From positions 1 through 64,000 of the forward strand of contig JAANOX010000251.1 in the NCBI GenBank assembly GCA_020184695.1: a stretch of 64,000 bases of DNA. Reading direction: 5' to 3'. The notes beneath the pieces are model-generated. The model saw only the letters and a program-made list of their open reading frames with translations. It was not told the DNA's origin and ran no database searches. This DNA is from Histomonas meleagridis 2922-C6/04-290x. Taxonomy: Eukaryota; Protista; Parabasalia. Made by a program: the position numbers and the translations under genes. Shown here piece after piece: positions 41,314-52,845 of this stretch. Each line of letters starts with the position of its first letter. The first letter of the stretch is position 1.

Positions 41314-42057
41314 GTAAAACCGATTTGAAAGCGGTTTGAACTTATGGGGCGCCCCTTCGAAAAAATATTTTAAAGCTTTCCAATCACCAAAAGTTAAGGT
41401 AGAATTCAACGATATTAATTCACACATAGTATATATTCTTAAATGTATTACCAAATATTTTTGGAACATGACAAATCACTTTCATAATAAAATCTTCTTT
41501 AAATCGTCTGCTTTTAGTGAAACAATAGGGTTTCATGTTTCTATTTTTTTTACATCTTCGTTATGTTTATTTTCTGCCAAGTTTTTATGTTGAAGCCCCA
41601 AACCAAGATTTAACTCAGTCTCAATTTTATCAAGCAACCCAAAATTACGATTGATAAATTCATCCATTTTTGTTTCCTGTGATTTTACCGAATCAACAAA
41701 TACTCCATAAAGTTTGTTGAAAGCAAATTCATTATAATACAACTCAATGCAATTATAAAGTATATCTTAAAATCAAGATATATCGTTAAATTTACGATTA
41801 CAATTTAAAAATAATAAAAAAAATTATGTTTGTAATAACATCATGTTTTTCTAATACAATGATTTTGTATTTTGGAAAATGTCATACCTATCGTATGGTA
41901 AACCGTGACCTCTTTTCTATGAGCTTTTCAAAAAGTTGATGATTTTTTATAACAAGATTCAATGACATCTTCAAAAAATTTGCCAGAAATATTTAAGGTG
42001 GTGTGAAAAAATTGCCATATGGCATTTTTTGTTTAACTGTTTTTATATTTCACTTAA

Positions 42058-45000
42058 ATGTTTTCATCTGATGATGACAATGACCAAAAAGAATTAACTC
42101 TTTTTGGATGTGAAGAAGCTACTGTTGCTGCCAAGCTCATTGCTGATGGTGCTGATGTAAATGCAAGAAACAAAAAAGGAGAGACTGCTTTGTTTGATTG
42201 TGATAATGTTGATGTAGCTCGTGTTTTAATTAACGCAAAAATAGATATAAATGCAGTTAATGAAGAAGGGGAAACAGCTCTTTTTACGAACAGATACAAT
42301 TCAGACTTTTCACATCTTCTAATTAAATCAGGAATAGATGTTAATGCGAAGGATGAATCATGTAGGACAGTTCTCTTCAAGATCAGAGATACTGATACTG
42401 TTCGTCTTTTAATCAAGAAAGGAATTGATGTTAATGTTGTAGATAAATATGGAGAAAATGCCCTCTTTGGATGCAGAAATTCTAACCTTGCACGTATTCT
42501 TGTTAAAGCAGGGATTGATGTTAAAATCAAAAATAAAGATGGGGAAACACCTCTTTTCAACTGTTCCGATTGTGAAACAGTTCGATATCTTATCAAGAAA
42601 GGAGTTGATGTCAATGCAAGAAGAAAGGATGGGAAAACTGCCCTATTTGGTTGTGATGATACAGATACAGCGCGTGCTTTAATTGAAGCAGGAATTGATA
42701 TCAAAGCTAAAGATGAAAATGGTAAGACAGCTCTCTTTAATTGTGATGATCCTGAAACAGTTCGATATCTTATCAAAAAAGGAATTGATGTTTGTGCTAA
42801 AGATAAAAAAGGCCAAACAGCACTCTTTAACTGTCGAAATAGAACAATTGCACGTCTTCTTATAAAGAATGGCATCGATGTTAATGCGACAAATAATCGT
42901 GGGGAAACAGCTCTTTTCGGAAATGATGAATATGAATTTGCAAAATTACTCATCAAGAAAGGAATCAATATTAATGCTAAAAACAACTCGGGTGAAACAG
43001 CACTCTTTGGTTGTGATTATGGTGCAGCGCTTATGCTCATTGAATCAGGAATCGATGTTAACATTAGGAATGATCAAAATGAAACTCCTCTTTTCGATTG
43101 TTCTGATTTTGATGCTGTTGAACTTTTAATTAAATCTGGTGTTGATGTTAATGCTCAAAATAATTCTGGGGAAACCGCAATATTTAATTGTGGAAAACAT
43201 AAAATCGCAAAACTATTAATAGATAATGGAGCTGATGTAAAAGTAATTAACAATGAAGGAAAAACGCCATTATTCACCTGTCATAACCTAAAGGTTATGA
43301 AATTATTAATTGAATCAGGAGTTGATGTTAATGTTGTCGATAGCAAAGGAGAGAATCCATTGTTTTCATGGCTTGATAATAAGGAAGCTAAATTGTTAGT
43401 TGAATCAGGAATTAATGTTAAGATAATAAATAACGATGGAGAAACTCCTCTCTTTGATTGTTATGAATCAAAGGTTGCAAGGACTCTTATAGATGCAGGT
43501 GTTGATGTAACAGTTAAAAATAACAAAGGAAAAACAGCATTATTTGAATGTAGAAAACCTAAAATTGCTCAAATGCTTATTGATGGTGGTATTGATATTA
43601 ATGCTAAAGACAAATATGGAAGAACAGCATTATTTGAATGTGATAAATTTAAGATAGCTAAAATGATAATTGAAGCAGGTGCAGATCCAAAAGTAATCGA
43701 TAATGATGGAAATACATTACTTTTCAAACATGACAAACCTAAAATTGTTAAACTTTTAATTGAAAAAGGCGTTGATGTTAATGCCAAAAATAAAGATGGT
43801 GAAACAGCACTTTTCCATTGCGATGATAAAGATTCCGTCAAATTACTTATTGAAGCCGGAATTAATGTTAATGAAAAGGATAAACATGGTAGAACAGCAC
43901 TCTTTGAATGCAGGAATAAAGAAATTGCACAATTACTTATAGATTCTGGAATTGATTTTAAAGCAATAGATGAAGATGGTAGAACAGCATTATTTTCCTG
44001 TAATAAGCAAGTTTCAAATGTGCTTATTAAAGCAGGCATTGATGTTAATATTAAGGATAAATATGGTGGAACAGCTCTCTTTAAATATGCAGGAAAAAGT
44101 ACTATAAAACTTCTTCTTGAAGCAGGTGCTGATGCAACTATTAAAAATAAAAATGGAGAAACACCATTGTTTTATCAAAATAATGAAGTATCATTTAAAT
44201 TACTCATTGATGCAGGAGCTGATCCTAAAGCTATAGACAAGAATGGAAAAACAGCGTTATTCAGCATTGGCGACTCTAAAGTCATTAAGCTTCTTATTGA
44301 TAGTGGTATTGATATTAATGCTAAAGACAAAGATGGAAGAACAGCATTATTTTCTTTTTATAGAAATAAGCCAGTTAAAATGTTAATTGAAGCAGGTGCA
44401 GATCCAAAAGTAATCGATAATGATGGAAATACATTACTTTTCAAACATGACAAACCTAAAATTGTTAAACTTTTAATTGAAAAAGGCGTTGATGTTAATG
44501 CCAAAAATAAAGATGGTGAAACAGCACTTTTCCATTGCGATGATAAAGATTCCGTCAAATTACTTATTGAAGCCGGAATTAATGTTAATGAAAAGGATAA
44601 ACATGGTAGAACAGCACTCTTTGAATGCTCTGATGTAAATATCGCACGTGCTCTTATTGATTCAGGAATTGATATTAAAGCACAAGATAACAAAGGTAGA
44701 ACAGCTATATTCAAGAATAATTCAGAAGATGTTGTATCATTCCTTATTAAATCCGGAATAGATCCAAAGATTAAAGATAAAGAAGGAAAAACAGCACTCT
44801 TTGGATGTAGGTATGCTGATGTCGTCTTGATCTTAATTAAGGCAGGCGTAGATCCTTTAGAAAAAAGTAACGACGGACAAACAACTATCTTTGGATCTAA
44901 TGATACTTGTGTAGTTAGTCAATTGATTAAATATGGAGTTGACCCTAAGGTTAAAGATAAGAATGGAAGAACAGCCCTCTTTGCTTGTCATGATAGTGAC

Positions 45001-45363
45001 GTGGCAAGTTTACTTGTTAAAGAAGGAAATGATGTTAAAGAAAAGGATATAAATGGAAGGACAGTAATATTCGGATGTAAGAGTGTTGATTCAATTCAAT
45101 ATTTCATTGATTCTGGTGTTGATATTAATGCAAAAGATAACGATGGAAAAACAGCTTTGTTTGAAAGTAACCTCAAAAGATATGTTGCAAAATATCTCAT
45201 TGAAAAGGGAATCGATGTTAATGCTAAAGATAAAAATGGAAATACTGCACTCAAATATTGCACTGATTATAAGACTGCAAAGGTTTTAATCAAAGCTGGT
45301 ATTGATAAAGAAGCAGTAAATGAATACCAAAAAGAACATCCAGACTTTAAGATCAAAAATTAA
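42058..45363 (+). CDS. Ankyrin repeat protein with ~35 short (~30-aa) repeats
   Basis: G[EKR]TALF.C......A..LI..GIDVNAKD repeated through 1101 aa; exact internal duplication ~43667-43911 = ~44385-44628 (offset 717 nt). Confidence 0.93.
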   Translation: MFSSDDDNDQKELTLFGCEEATVAAKLIADGADVNARNKKGETALFDCDNVDVARVLINAKIDINAVNEEGETALFTNRYNSDFSHLLIKSGIDVNAKDESCRTVLFKIRDTDTVRLLIKKGIDVNVVDKYGENALFGCRNSNLARILVKAGIDVKIKNKDGETPLFNCSDCETVRYLIKKGVDVNARRKDGKTALFGCDDTDTARALIEAGIDIKAKDENGKTALFNCDDPETVRYLIKKGIDVCAKDKKGQTALFNCRNRTIARLLIKNGIDVNATNNRGETALFGNDEYEFAKLLIKKGININAKNNSGETALFGCDYGAALMLIESGIDVNIRNDQNETPLFDCSDFDAVELLIKSGVDVNAQNNSGETAIFNCGKHKIAKLLIDNGADVKVINNEGKTPLFTCHNLKVMKLLIESGVDVNVVDSKGENPLFSWLDNKEAKLLVESGINVKIINNDGETPLFDCYESKVARTLIDAGVDVTVKNNKGKTALFECRKPKIAQMLIDGGIDINAKDKYGRTALFECDKFKIAKMIIEAGADPKVIDNDGNTLLFKHDKPKIVKLLIEKGVDVNAKNKDGETALFHCDDKDSVKLLIEAGINVNEKDKHGRTALFECRNKEIAQLLIDSGIDFKAIDEDGRTALFSCNKQVSNVLIKAGIDVNIKDKYGGTALFKYAGKSTIKLLLEAGADATIKNKNGETPLFYQNNEVSFKLLIDAGADPKAIDKNGKTALFSIGDSKVIKLLIDSGIDINAKDKDGRTALFSFYRNKPVKMLIEAGADPKVIDNDGNTLLFKHDKPKIVKLLIEKGVDVNAKNKDGETALFHCDDKDSVKLLIEAGINVNEKDKHGRTALFECSDVNIARALIDSGIDIKAQDNKGRTAIFKNNSEDVVSFLIKSGIDPKIKDKEGKTALFGCRYADVVLILIKAGVDPLEKSNDGQTTIFGSNDTCVVSQLIKYGVDPKVKDKNGRTALFACHDSDVASLLVKEGNDVKEKDINGRTVIFGCKSVDSIQYFIDSGVDINAKDNDGKTALFESNLKRYVAKYLIEKGIDVNAKDKNGNTALKYCTDYKTAKVLIKAGIDKEAVNEYQKEHPDFKIKN

Positions 45364-45520
45364 GTAAAAAAAATTTAAAATTTTTTTTTTCTGGGCGAAT
45401 AACGTAAATCAAACTTTTTCAGTGCACTGAAAATTTTTTGTTGTTTTTGTGAAATCACTTCATTTTTTGCCAAACAATGCAAAAATTCTATTAAAAAGTC
45501 ATCACTTCACTTCAAAGATT

Positions 45521-48250
45521 ATGGATATCGAAGATGTACAGATCCTTACAACGCCAACATGCGAACAACGTTGCATTCGTGAAAAAATCGCTCTTCCTGT
45601 TCGTGAGAAGTTAACTTCTTTCGAAATTCCAACACCACCAACTGAAGATGATGTTGTTTCTGAGGCACGTCGTTGTATTTAATGCTCTGACGCTCCTTGC
45701 TCAAAGTGCTGCCCAACTAACCTTGATGTTAAAGAATATGTTCATGCTGCAGCTGCAAGAAATTGGTATTATGCTGCTAAGATAATATTATCTGCTAACC
45801 CACTTCCGCTTTCTACTGGTATGCTTTGTAATGTTAGAAGCACATGTCAAGGTGGTTGCAATCTTAGAAAGACAGCAGCTGGTCCAATCAAGACAAACAT
45901 GATTCAAGTTCATGCCGTTCGTAAATTCCGTGAATTTAATATCCCACCACTTGTTCCAGCTAGCATAGGCAAGAAAGTTGCAGTTATTGGAGCTGGTCCA
46001 TCTGGTCTTTCATGTGCATCTTTCCTTCGTAGATTTGGTATTGATGTTACTATTTTTGAAAAAGAAAGCTTTGCAGGTGGTATCATGATGAAAGAAATTC
46101 TTTCATTCAGAGTTCCAAAGGAAGATATTGACTTCGAAATCGAACTTGTCAAACAAGCTGGTGTTGAATTTCAATTCAACAAGAAACTTGGTGTTGATAT
46201 GACAGTTGATTCACTCCTTAAAGATGGTTACAATGCAGTATATCTTGCATTCGGTAAACCAGAATCAATCAAGCCACCAATGCATAATGTTGGCGCAATT
46301 GATTGGGCCGATTTCCTTCATGACCTTAATGGAATTCTTAAGTTTAAGAATGGAAAACAACTTCCAGATTGGAAAGGAAAGAAAGTTTGCGTACTTGGAT
46401 CTGGTGGAACAGCTGCTGATTGCGCATCTGCTGCATCACGTCTTGGAGGAGAAGTTACAATTGCATGTTTCGAAGACTTTAAGAGTATGCCAGCACCAAT
46501 GGCCGAAATCGAGAAATTATTACACGAAGGTATCGAATTCATGACACTTGTTCAAGTTACATCCATTGATAATGGAGAAGTTAAGTTCGAAACAGTTGAA
46601 CACTTAGAAGATGGTACATATAAACGCCTTGGAGAATTTATCACTCGTAAATTCGATGAAGTTATTGTCGCATTTGGTGCAACAATGAAAGAAGCACGTA
46701 AGAACATTCCAGGAGAACTTAATGTACAAAAAGTTGAAGGTTATGATAATGTATTTGCAGGTGGTGATATTTGCAACACTATTTCTGTTATCGAAGCTGT
46801 TAATGATGGTAAAGTTGCAGCAGGTAAAATTGCTGACTTATTTGGTATCAAAGATCCAATTCCAATGTTCACAACCGAAGTTGATAATGTATCACTTGAA
46901 ACCGAAATTTGTGGAATTAAATTCCCTAATCCAGTTGGTATTTCATCTGGTGAAGTATCAGCTACATATGAATGCGTCCGTAACTCATTACTTGCAGGTA
47001 ATGGTTGGGCTACAACGAAGACAATTCTTTTATCAAAGGATCTTCAAAGAGATAATGATATGAGAATTGTTAAATGTGAAGATAATCCATTCCATCAAGG
47101 ATGCTCATTCATGAACATTGCTATGATGTCAGAACATTCTGCCGAATATTGGTTCGATGCCGTCCGTAAACTTAAGAAGGAATTCCCAGACAGAGTTATT
47201 GTTGCATCAATTTCAGCTACAGATAACAAAGATGATTGGCATGAAGTTGTTAAGCGTGCATGCGAAGCAGGTGCAGATGCATTAGAATTAAACCTTAGCT
47301 GTCCAAATGAAGTACATGGTAAAGGTGGACATAAAGGAGGATTTGATAGTGAAAACAAGATAGGTATGGCATTAGGCGTTAGTCCTATCAATGTCAAACG
47401 TATTGCGGAATACGTCAAAGAAGTTACAACAGTTCCATTCTTTGTTAAGATCACACCAAACGTTACATCACCAGTAGACTTAGCTAAAGCAGCTTATGAA
47501 GGTGGTGCTAATGGTGTTGCAATGATTAACACTGTTGCAGGTATATCCAGATTCTTCCCAGATGGTACACCATTACCACAAGTTGGTACCAACAAGTTTG
47601 TATTAAGTGGTGGTTTATCTGGTGAATTAATCAGACCAATTGCCTTAAGACAAATATCTAAAGTTCATTTATCCAATGAACCAATGCCAATCTTAGGTAT
47701 GGGTGGTATTTGGTCAGCAGATACTGCTATGCAACACTTATACGCTGGTTCAAGTGTATTCGCTTTATGCTCTGCTACAATTCGTTATTCATATGAAATC
47801 ACACGTGAAATCCAAGCTGGACTTAAGTTCTTACTTTACGCATGGTCACGTCCTGACTTAAGATCAATCTTAGGTAACTACAACAGTGATATGATGACAT
47901 TACCTCATAAGGTACCGAAAGTTACCGACACTAAGCCAGATAGGTCTGTTCCAACATTAGCGGAAATGAGAGGCGCTGGTTCAAAGAGAGTCGTACAAAG
48001 AGAATCACTCGATGCTTGCTGGACAGTCAACTCAAAGATTGACCATTCCATCTGCGTTAATTGTGGTAAATGCGCTTACACTTGCAGAGATAATGGTAAC
48101 ATTGCCATCTCGAAACAAGCTGATGGAACTTGGGAAGTTGATGTCAACAGATGCGTTGGATGTGGTGCATGCGTATCCGTTTGCCCACTTCACGCAATTA
48201 GCTTAGTTAAGTCTCCAACTGACAAGCCATGGCACTGGAATAAGGAGTAA
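45521..48250 (+). CDS. DPYD: Dihydropyrimidine dehydrogenase (NADP+), fused type, with one in-frame TAA
   Basis: EARRCI*CSDAPC..CP, GAGPSG FAD motif, LELNLSCPN catalytic Cys, KITPN, C-terminal 2x[4Fe-4S] (CVNCGKC..C; CVGCGAC..CP). ORFs 45449-45682 and 45821-48250 share a frame across TAA 45680-45682. Confidence 0.92.
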
Positions 48251-48332
48251 AATTAGTAAACAATCTTTGAACAAAAAAAATTTTCATACAAAAAATTGTT
48301 TTTATGCGCAGTAAATTAACTGTTCCTTTGAG

Positions 48333-48908
48333 TTAACAACACATATGTCCCATCTCTTCTTCTTCTTCTGGTTCGGAATTATCATCGAGGCGAATTGTGT
48401 CAAGATCACATTCATTTGCAATAAATTGAAATAATTCCACAACTCCTTCTCCCGTTAAAGCAGATGTTTCAAGATACGTTACTGCACCAATCATTTGTGA
48501 ATACTCTAATGCCCTTTGGAAAGGAATTTTTCGGTGATCACCAAGATCAATTTTGTTGCCAACTAAAACTTTAAGAACTTTTTCTGGAGCCTTTTCTTTT
48601 AGCATTTGATCCCATTCATCGAGTTTATCAAAACTTAGTTCGTCAGAAATATCAAAAACAATAATTGCTATGGAAGCACCTTTAAAGTAAAGTGGAACCA
48701 ATGTTCGAAAATATTCTTGTCCAGCAGTATCCCAAATGCAAAATCTGATTGTATTACCTTCACTGTTTTCAAAAGAAAAATCAATGTTAGAAGCTCCAAT
48801 TGTCGATGATGTATCAATGTCAAATGTACGCTTTAGTGCACGATTGAGTATACATGTTTTACCAACACCTGATTCTCCAATTAAAATCGTCTTGAAACCA
48901 TGTCTCAT
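48333..48908 (-). CDS. Rab-family small GTPase
   Basis: GESGVGKT, WDTAGQE, NKID, ETSA, C-terminal CC prenylation motif. Confidence 0.95.
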   Translation of the reverse strand: MRHGFKTILIGESGVGKTCILNRALKRTFDIDTSSTIGASNIDFSFENSEGNTIRFCIWDTAGQEYFRTLVPLYFKGASIAIIVFDISDELSFDKLDEWDQMLKEKAPEKVLKVLVGNKIDLGDHRKIPFQRALEYSQMIGAVTYLETSALTGEGVVELFQFIANECDLDTIRLDDNSEPEEEEEMGHMCC

Positions 48909-48985
48909 TTAGTTCAAAAAATGCCATAAAGAATGGAGACCGTTTACACCGTTTTCTGGGCAACCCAAACTTGTACGTTATTAAT

Positions 48986-51841
48986 ATGAACAATTCAAGA
49001 GCTTTAAAATTTAATATCAGCAAAAAATTTAGTCAACTTACAAAGGTTATACAGCTCTTTTCAGCCCAAATTGAAGATAGAGAATTTCAAAAAAGTTATC
49101 TTCATGATTTATATGATCCTCAAATTAATGAAATAATTAAAAATTATCATACTGAAATAACAGAATTAAACGAAAAAGCTAACAATGAAAAGGAAGAAAT
49201 AGTTGAAAAGATTAATAAGTTATATTTTTCAAAATTTGATACATTAAAAAATGATGCAAAAACTTTTATGGATGGTATCAATCGTACAACAGAACAATTT
49301 GAAATCAAAATAATGAATGATTTATCCGATATCAAAAAACAAATACAACAAATTATTAATTCTCTGGGAAACAAATCATATGCATTAGATAAACAATGTG
49401 AAACAGCAAAAGATATGATAAAGTCGGAAATATCTGAATTGAATCAAATTTATAAACAAGAGTTGATCAACCATGATAAGGAATCAACTAAGAAAATGAA
49501 TGCTTTAGAAGAACAATCAAAACAAAAAATTCAAGAATTAAAAAATGAGCATGAAAAAAACATGAATGATATTCGTAATGCATTTCAATCACATGGAAGA
49601 TTTCCACCTAATTTCTTAGAACAATGTAAAAAACAAAAAGCACAAATTCAACAGATTAAGCAAAGCCTTTTATCAATAAGTCAAAACGTAAAATCTTTAA
49701 TTGAAGCTCGTAAAAATGGATCCGCCAAACTTCGAAATGAAATGAAAAATCTTTGTGTTGAAATTCGTAACATATTAAATTCACATCAACAGAACATTAA
49801 CCAACTTGATATAGATATGAATAATATGAAAGAATCACATAAAGAACAAATACAAAACTTAAAAAGCAAAAAAGAAGAAAAGATCGAACAACATAAATTA
49901 GAACTTGAAAATATGAATAAATTAAAAGAACAACAAATGATTTCTTTTCAAGAAGAATATTCAAAACGTATGAAAGAACTTGAGTCAACAAATAATTCAT
50001 TTGATTCTTTAATGAAATCACTTAACGAAGCTCATGAAAAAGAATTAAATGAACTTAGTAATAAACATCAACAAGCAGTAAAAAATGCAGAAGAAAAACT
50101 TGATCAATATCATAAAGATATATTAAATCTTCAAGAAATGCAGAATAAAGAATTAAAAGATATGAAAGAAAAAGAAGAAAAAATACTTTTAGATAATAAA
50201 AATAAAATTAATGAATTAATTGAATTACAAGAAAAAGAAATTGAAAAAGAAAACAATGAATTTGAAAAAATGATTAAAGAACTTCAACAAAAAATCGAAA
50301 TTTGTTTGGAAGGTGATAACAACGACACAAAAAAGTACAAAGAAATAATAAATGAATTAAAAAATGAAAAGCAAAAACTTATTAATGATCATTCACAAGA
50401 AATTAAAAAATATGAAGAAGAACATAATAAAAAAATAACAAAACTTCGAAATGATTATGAAGAAGATTTAAATAAGAAAAAGAAATTTAATGAAGAACAA
50501 ATTAAGGAAAAAACAGAAAATTATGAAAACGAAATTAATGAATTAAAAAAAGATTTTGAAGAAAAAATTTCTAAACAAGAAAGTGAATATATGAAACAAT
50601 ATGAAACTGAAATTAATAATATAAAAAATGAATTTAATGATAAATCTAAAATTAATGAAATTAATACAAAAATGCAAAAAGAATTTGATGATAAAGTTAA
50701 AACTTTAAATTCAATTAATGCACCTGATATAAATAATGATAGTTCAATTAAAGAACTTAATGAAATACAAAAAGATCTCGAAAAACAAAAATTAGATACT
50801 TTAAATAGCATTGAACAACAAAAAAATTCATTAAAAAATGAATGGGATGAAAAATTTAAACAAGAAAATGATCGACATTCTTCTTCTTGTGTTGATTCAT
50901 CAATTAGTTCTGAAATGGAACAACAAAAACTTAATATTATTCAAGAAATCGAAAAAATTCAAAACGAACAAAAAGAAAATGAGCAAAAATTAAATGAAAT
51001 AATTTCACAAATAACAAATGAACATTTAAATAAAATGGAAATATTGAATAAAACTCTTTTTGAAAGTCAAAATCAAGATGAAATCTATAAAGTTGAGAAT
51101 GATATTAATCAAATTAAATCCCAACATATACAATTAAAAGAAAAAATACAAAAACAATTTGAAGATTCTATAAACGAATATAATAAATTAGAAAAAGAAG
51201 AAGAAGATTCATTTCAATTAAATAAAGCGGGAATATTAATGAACACTGAACAAGAAAAATTCAATTTCCAAAAATCTATTAGTGAAATAAATGAAAATAT
51301 GAAAAACAAACAAATGGAACATGAGAAAGATATAAAAGAAATAAATTCAACATTACAATCTAAAATTAAACAAATGAAAGAAAGTCATATTAATGAAATG
51401 GATAAATATATTAATGAATATGAATCCCTCAAAATGCAACTTCAAAAAAATGGAGAAAACTTTAAAAATAATATTGAGAGTAAAAGAGCACAATATAAGT
51501 CATCATTAGATGAATACTCAAGGACAACAAATTCTGATCTTACAAAGAAAAAACAGGATTGGAATGTAATGTTAAACTTTTATGATGAAAAAATTTCCGT
51601 TCTTACAAATAAAAAACAAGAAGCAATCGATAAGTATAATGAGCGTCCTCCAAGACAAAGTGAAATTGATACAATTGAAAGACTTAAAAATTTGTTACAA
51701 TTAAAAAATTCTCAACTACAAACTAATTTAAAAGAGATGACAGAATACAGAGCATTATTAATTAAGCAAGAAAAAGAATATAATCATAGATTTGGAAATG
51801 GACCAAGAGTTGGTGTTCTTACGACAAAAAAATCACATTAA
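48986..51841 (+). CDS. FAM184-like coiled-coil protein
   Basis: N-terminal SKKFSQLTKVI and C-terminal RPPRQSEIDTIERL..EYNHRFG..PRVGVL resemble FAM184 termini; ATG 48986 is in frame with the track ORF. Confidence 0.65.
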   Translation: MNNSRALKFNISKKFSQLTKVIQLFSAQIEDREFQKSYLHDLYDPQINEIIKNYHTEITELNEKANNEKEEIVEKINKLYFSKFDTLKNDAKTFMDGINRTTEQFEIKIMNDLSDIKKQIQQIINSLGNKSYALDKQCETAKDMIKSEISELNQIYKQELINHDKESTKKMNALEEQSKQKIQELKNEHEKNMNDIRNAFQSHGRFPPNFLEQCKKQKAQIQQIKQSLLSISQNVKSLIEARKNGSAKLRNEMKNLCVEIRNILNSHQQNINQLDIDMNNMKESHKEQIQNLKSKKEEKIEQHKLELENMNKLKEQQMISFQEEYSKRMKELESTNNSFDSLMKSLNEAHEKELNELSNKHQQAVKNAEEKLDQYHKDILNLQEMQNKELKDMKEKEEKILLDNKNKINELIELQEKEIEKENNEFEKMIKELQQKIEICLEGDNNDTKKYKEIINELKNEKQKLINDHSQEIKKYEEEHNKKITKLRNDYEEDLNKKKKFNEEQIKEKTENYENEINELKKDFEEKISKQESEYMKQYETEINNIKNEFNDKSKINEINTKMQKEFDDKVKTLNSINAPDINNDSSIKELNEIQKDLEKQKLDTLNSIEQQKNSLKNEWDEKFKQENDRHSSSCVDSSISSEMEQQKLNIIQEIEKIQNEQKENEQKLNEIISQITNEHLNKMEILNKTLFESQNQDEIYKVENDINQIKSQHIQLKEKIQKQFEDSINEYNKLEKEEEDSFQLNKAGILMNTEQEKFNFQKSISEINENMKNKQMEHEKDIKEINSTLQSKIKQMKESHINEMDKYINEYESLKMQLQKNGENFKNNIESKRAQYKSSLDEYSRTTNSDLTKKKQDWNVMLNFYDEKISVLTNKKQEAIDKYNERPPRQSEIDTIERLKNLLQLKNSQLQTNLKEMTEYRALLIKQEKEYNHRFGNGPRVGVLTTKKSH

Positions 51842-51900
51842 TTTTTATTGTTATTTTTATTAATAAAAATATTATAATAAAATTATTTTCTAATTTAATT

Positions 51901-52421
51901 TAGGATGGACACAAATGTCCATTTCTTGAAATTTTGTCCACCGGCGATAAGAAACTGCGGGTTTCGTGGGCAAATGTTCTCTTCATTAACCCGTTGACCA
52001 AAAATTTTAGGGTGAGACACATCTCAAGAGTATATTCAATTGGTTTTACTATTATTATGAAATACATGAGGATTGAGAAAAAATTGAATAAAAAAATCAT
52101 AAGTTTTTTTTTTATTTTTTATTTTAAATACTACAAAGCAGTCATGAGGCGTGACATTATGTGGGTATAACAGCAAATCTTTTTGTTTTTGTTGTTAGCC
52201 GAATTTAAACAGTAAATTTTCAGAATAACGATAAATATTTTAAATACCATTCAAACTTTCCCATTTCTGACCACCAGGTTTTCAGAGTGTATTGTCGATG
52301 TAAAGTACTTATTTGATTCAATCTGATTTCGAACAAACACGTTCAATTTTCGGAATATTGCCCACTTGAGGTACAAAAGATTCACACACAAAATTCGGTT
52401 TTGACCAAAAAATCCACCCTA
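51901..52421. mobile_element. Putative hAT-like MITE (521 bp) containing dispersed repeat copy 2
   Basis: Starts TAGGATGGA and ends TCCACCCTA (reverse complement TAGGGTGGA); flanking 8-mers ATTTAATT / ATTGAAAT (6/8 match); non-coding. Confidence 0.5.
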
Positions 52422-52845
52422 ATTGAAATATTTATGTAATACTAAAAAATAGTTATCATTTAATATTTATAATATATTACCATGACAATGCACAAACTTC
52501 CTTTTTTATTTTTTTTCGTCCTCTTTGAGAGCAAAAGATTTTTTATATGTTTTAATTATATTTCTCATGAGAATTGTGAATGCTTCTGTAACATTTTGAA
52601 AGTTTTTGATCGAAATTTCAATAAAGTCAACACCTGGTTTTTGTGCAAGCTCTTCTCCTTCTATGTTACACATCTTGAATCTTTTAGATCAATTTGATTT
52701 CCAATACAAATAATGGGTACATTGTCGAACCTCCATTCATTAAAGCGTATTTGAGTGACCTTTTACCATCACTTTCAAAAATTGTGATGAAAGGGGCAAA
52801 ATCTTCCATTTGGTAACCGTTGGCATTTTTAAATCTGGATACCTA

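Noticed and set aside
41533-41742. 69-aa minus-strand ORF as a gene
   Set aside because: No motif or recognisable promoter; cannot be supported from sequence alone
42013-42024. Perfect 12-bp palindrome TGCCATATGGCA upstream of the ankyrin gene
   Set aside because: Single occurrence and short; no second instance to support a regulatory role
42054-42986. 310-aa antisense ORF and the many other short ORFs overlapping long genes (USP, HECT, DPYD, coiled coils, arrestin)
   Set aside because: Shadow frames produced by codon bias and repeats on the coding strand; no independent motifs
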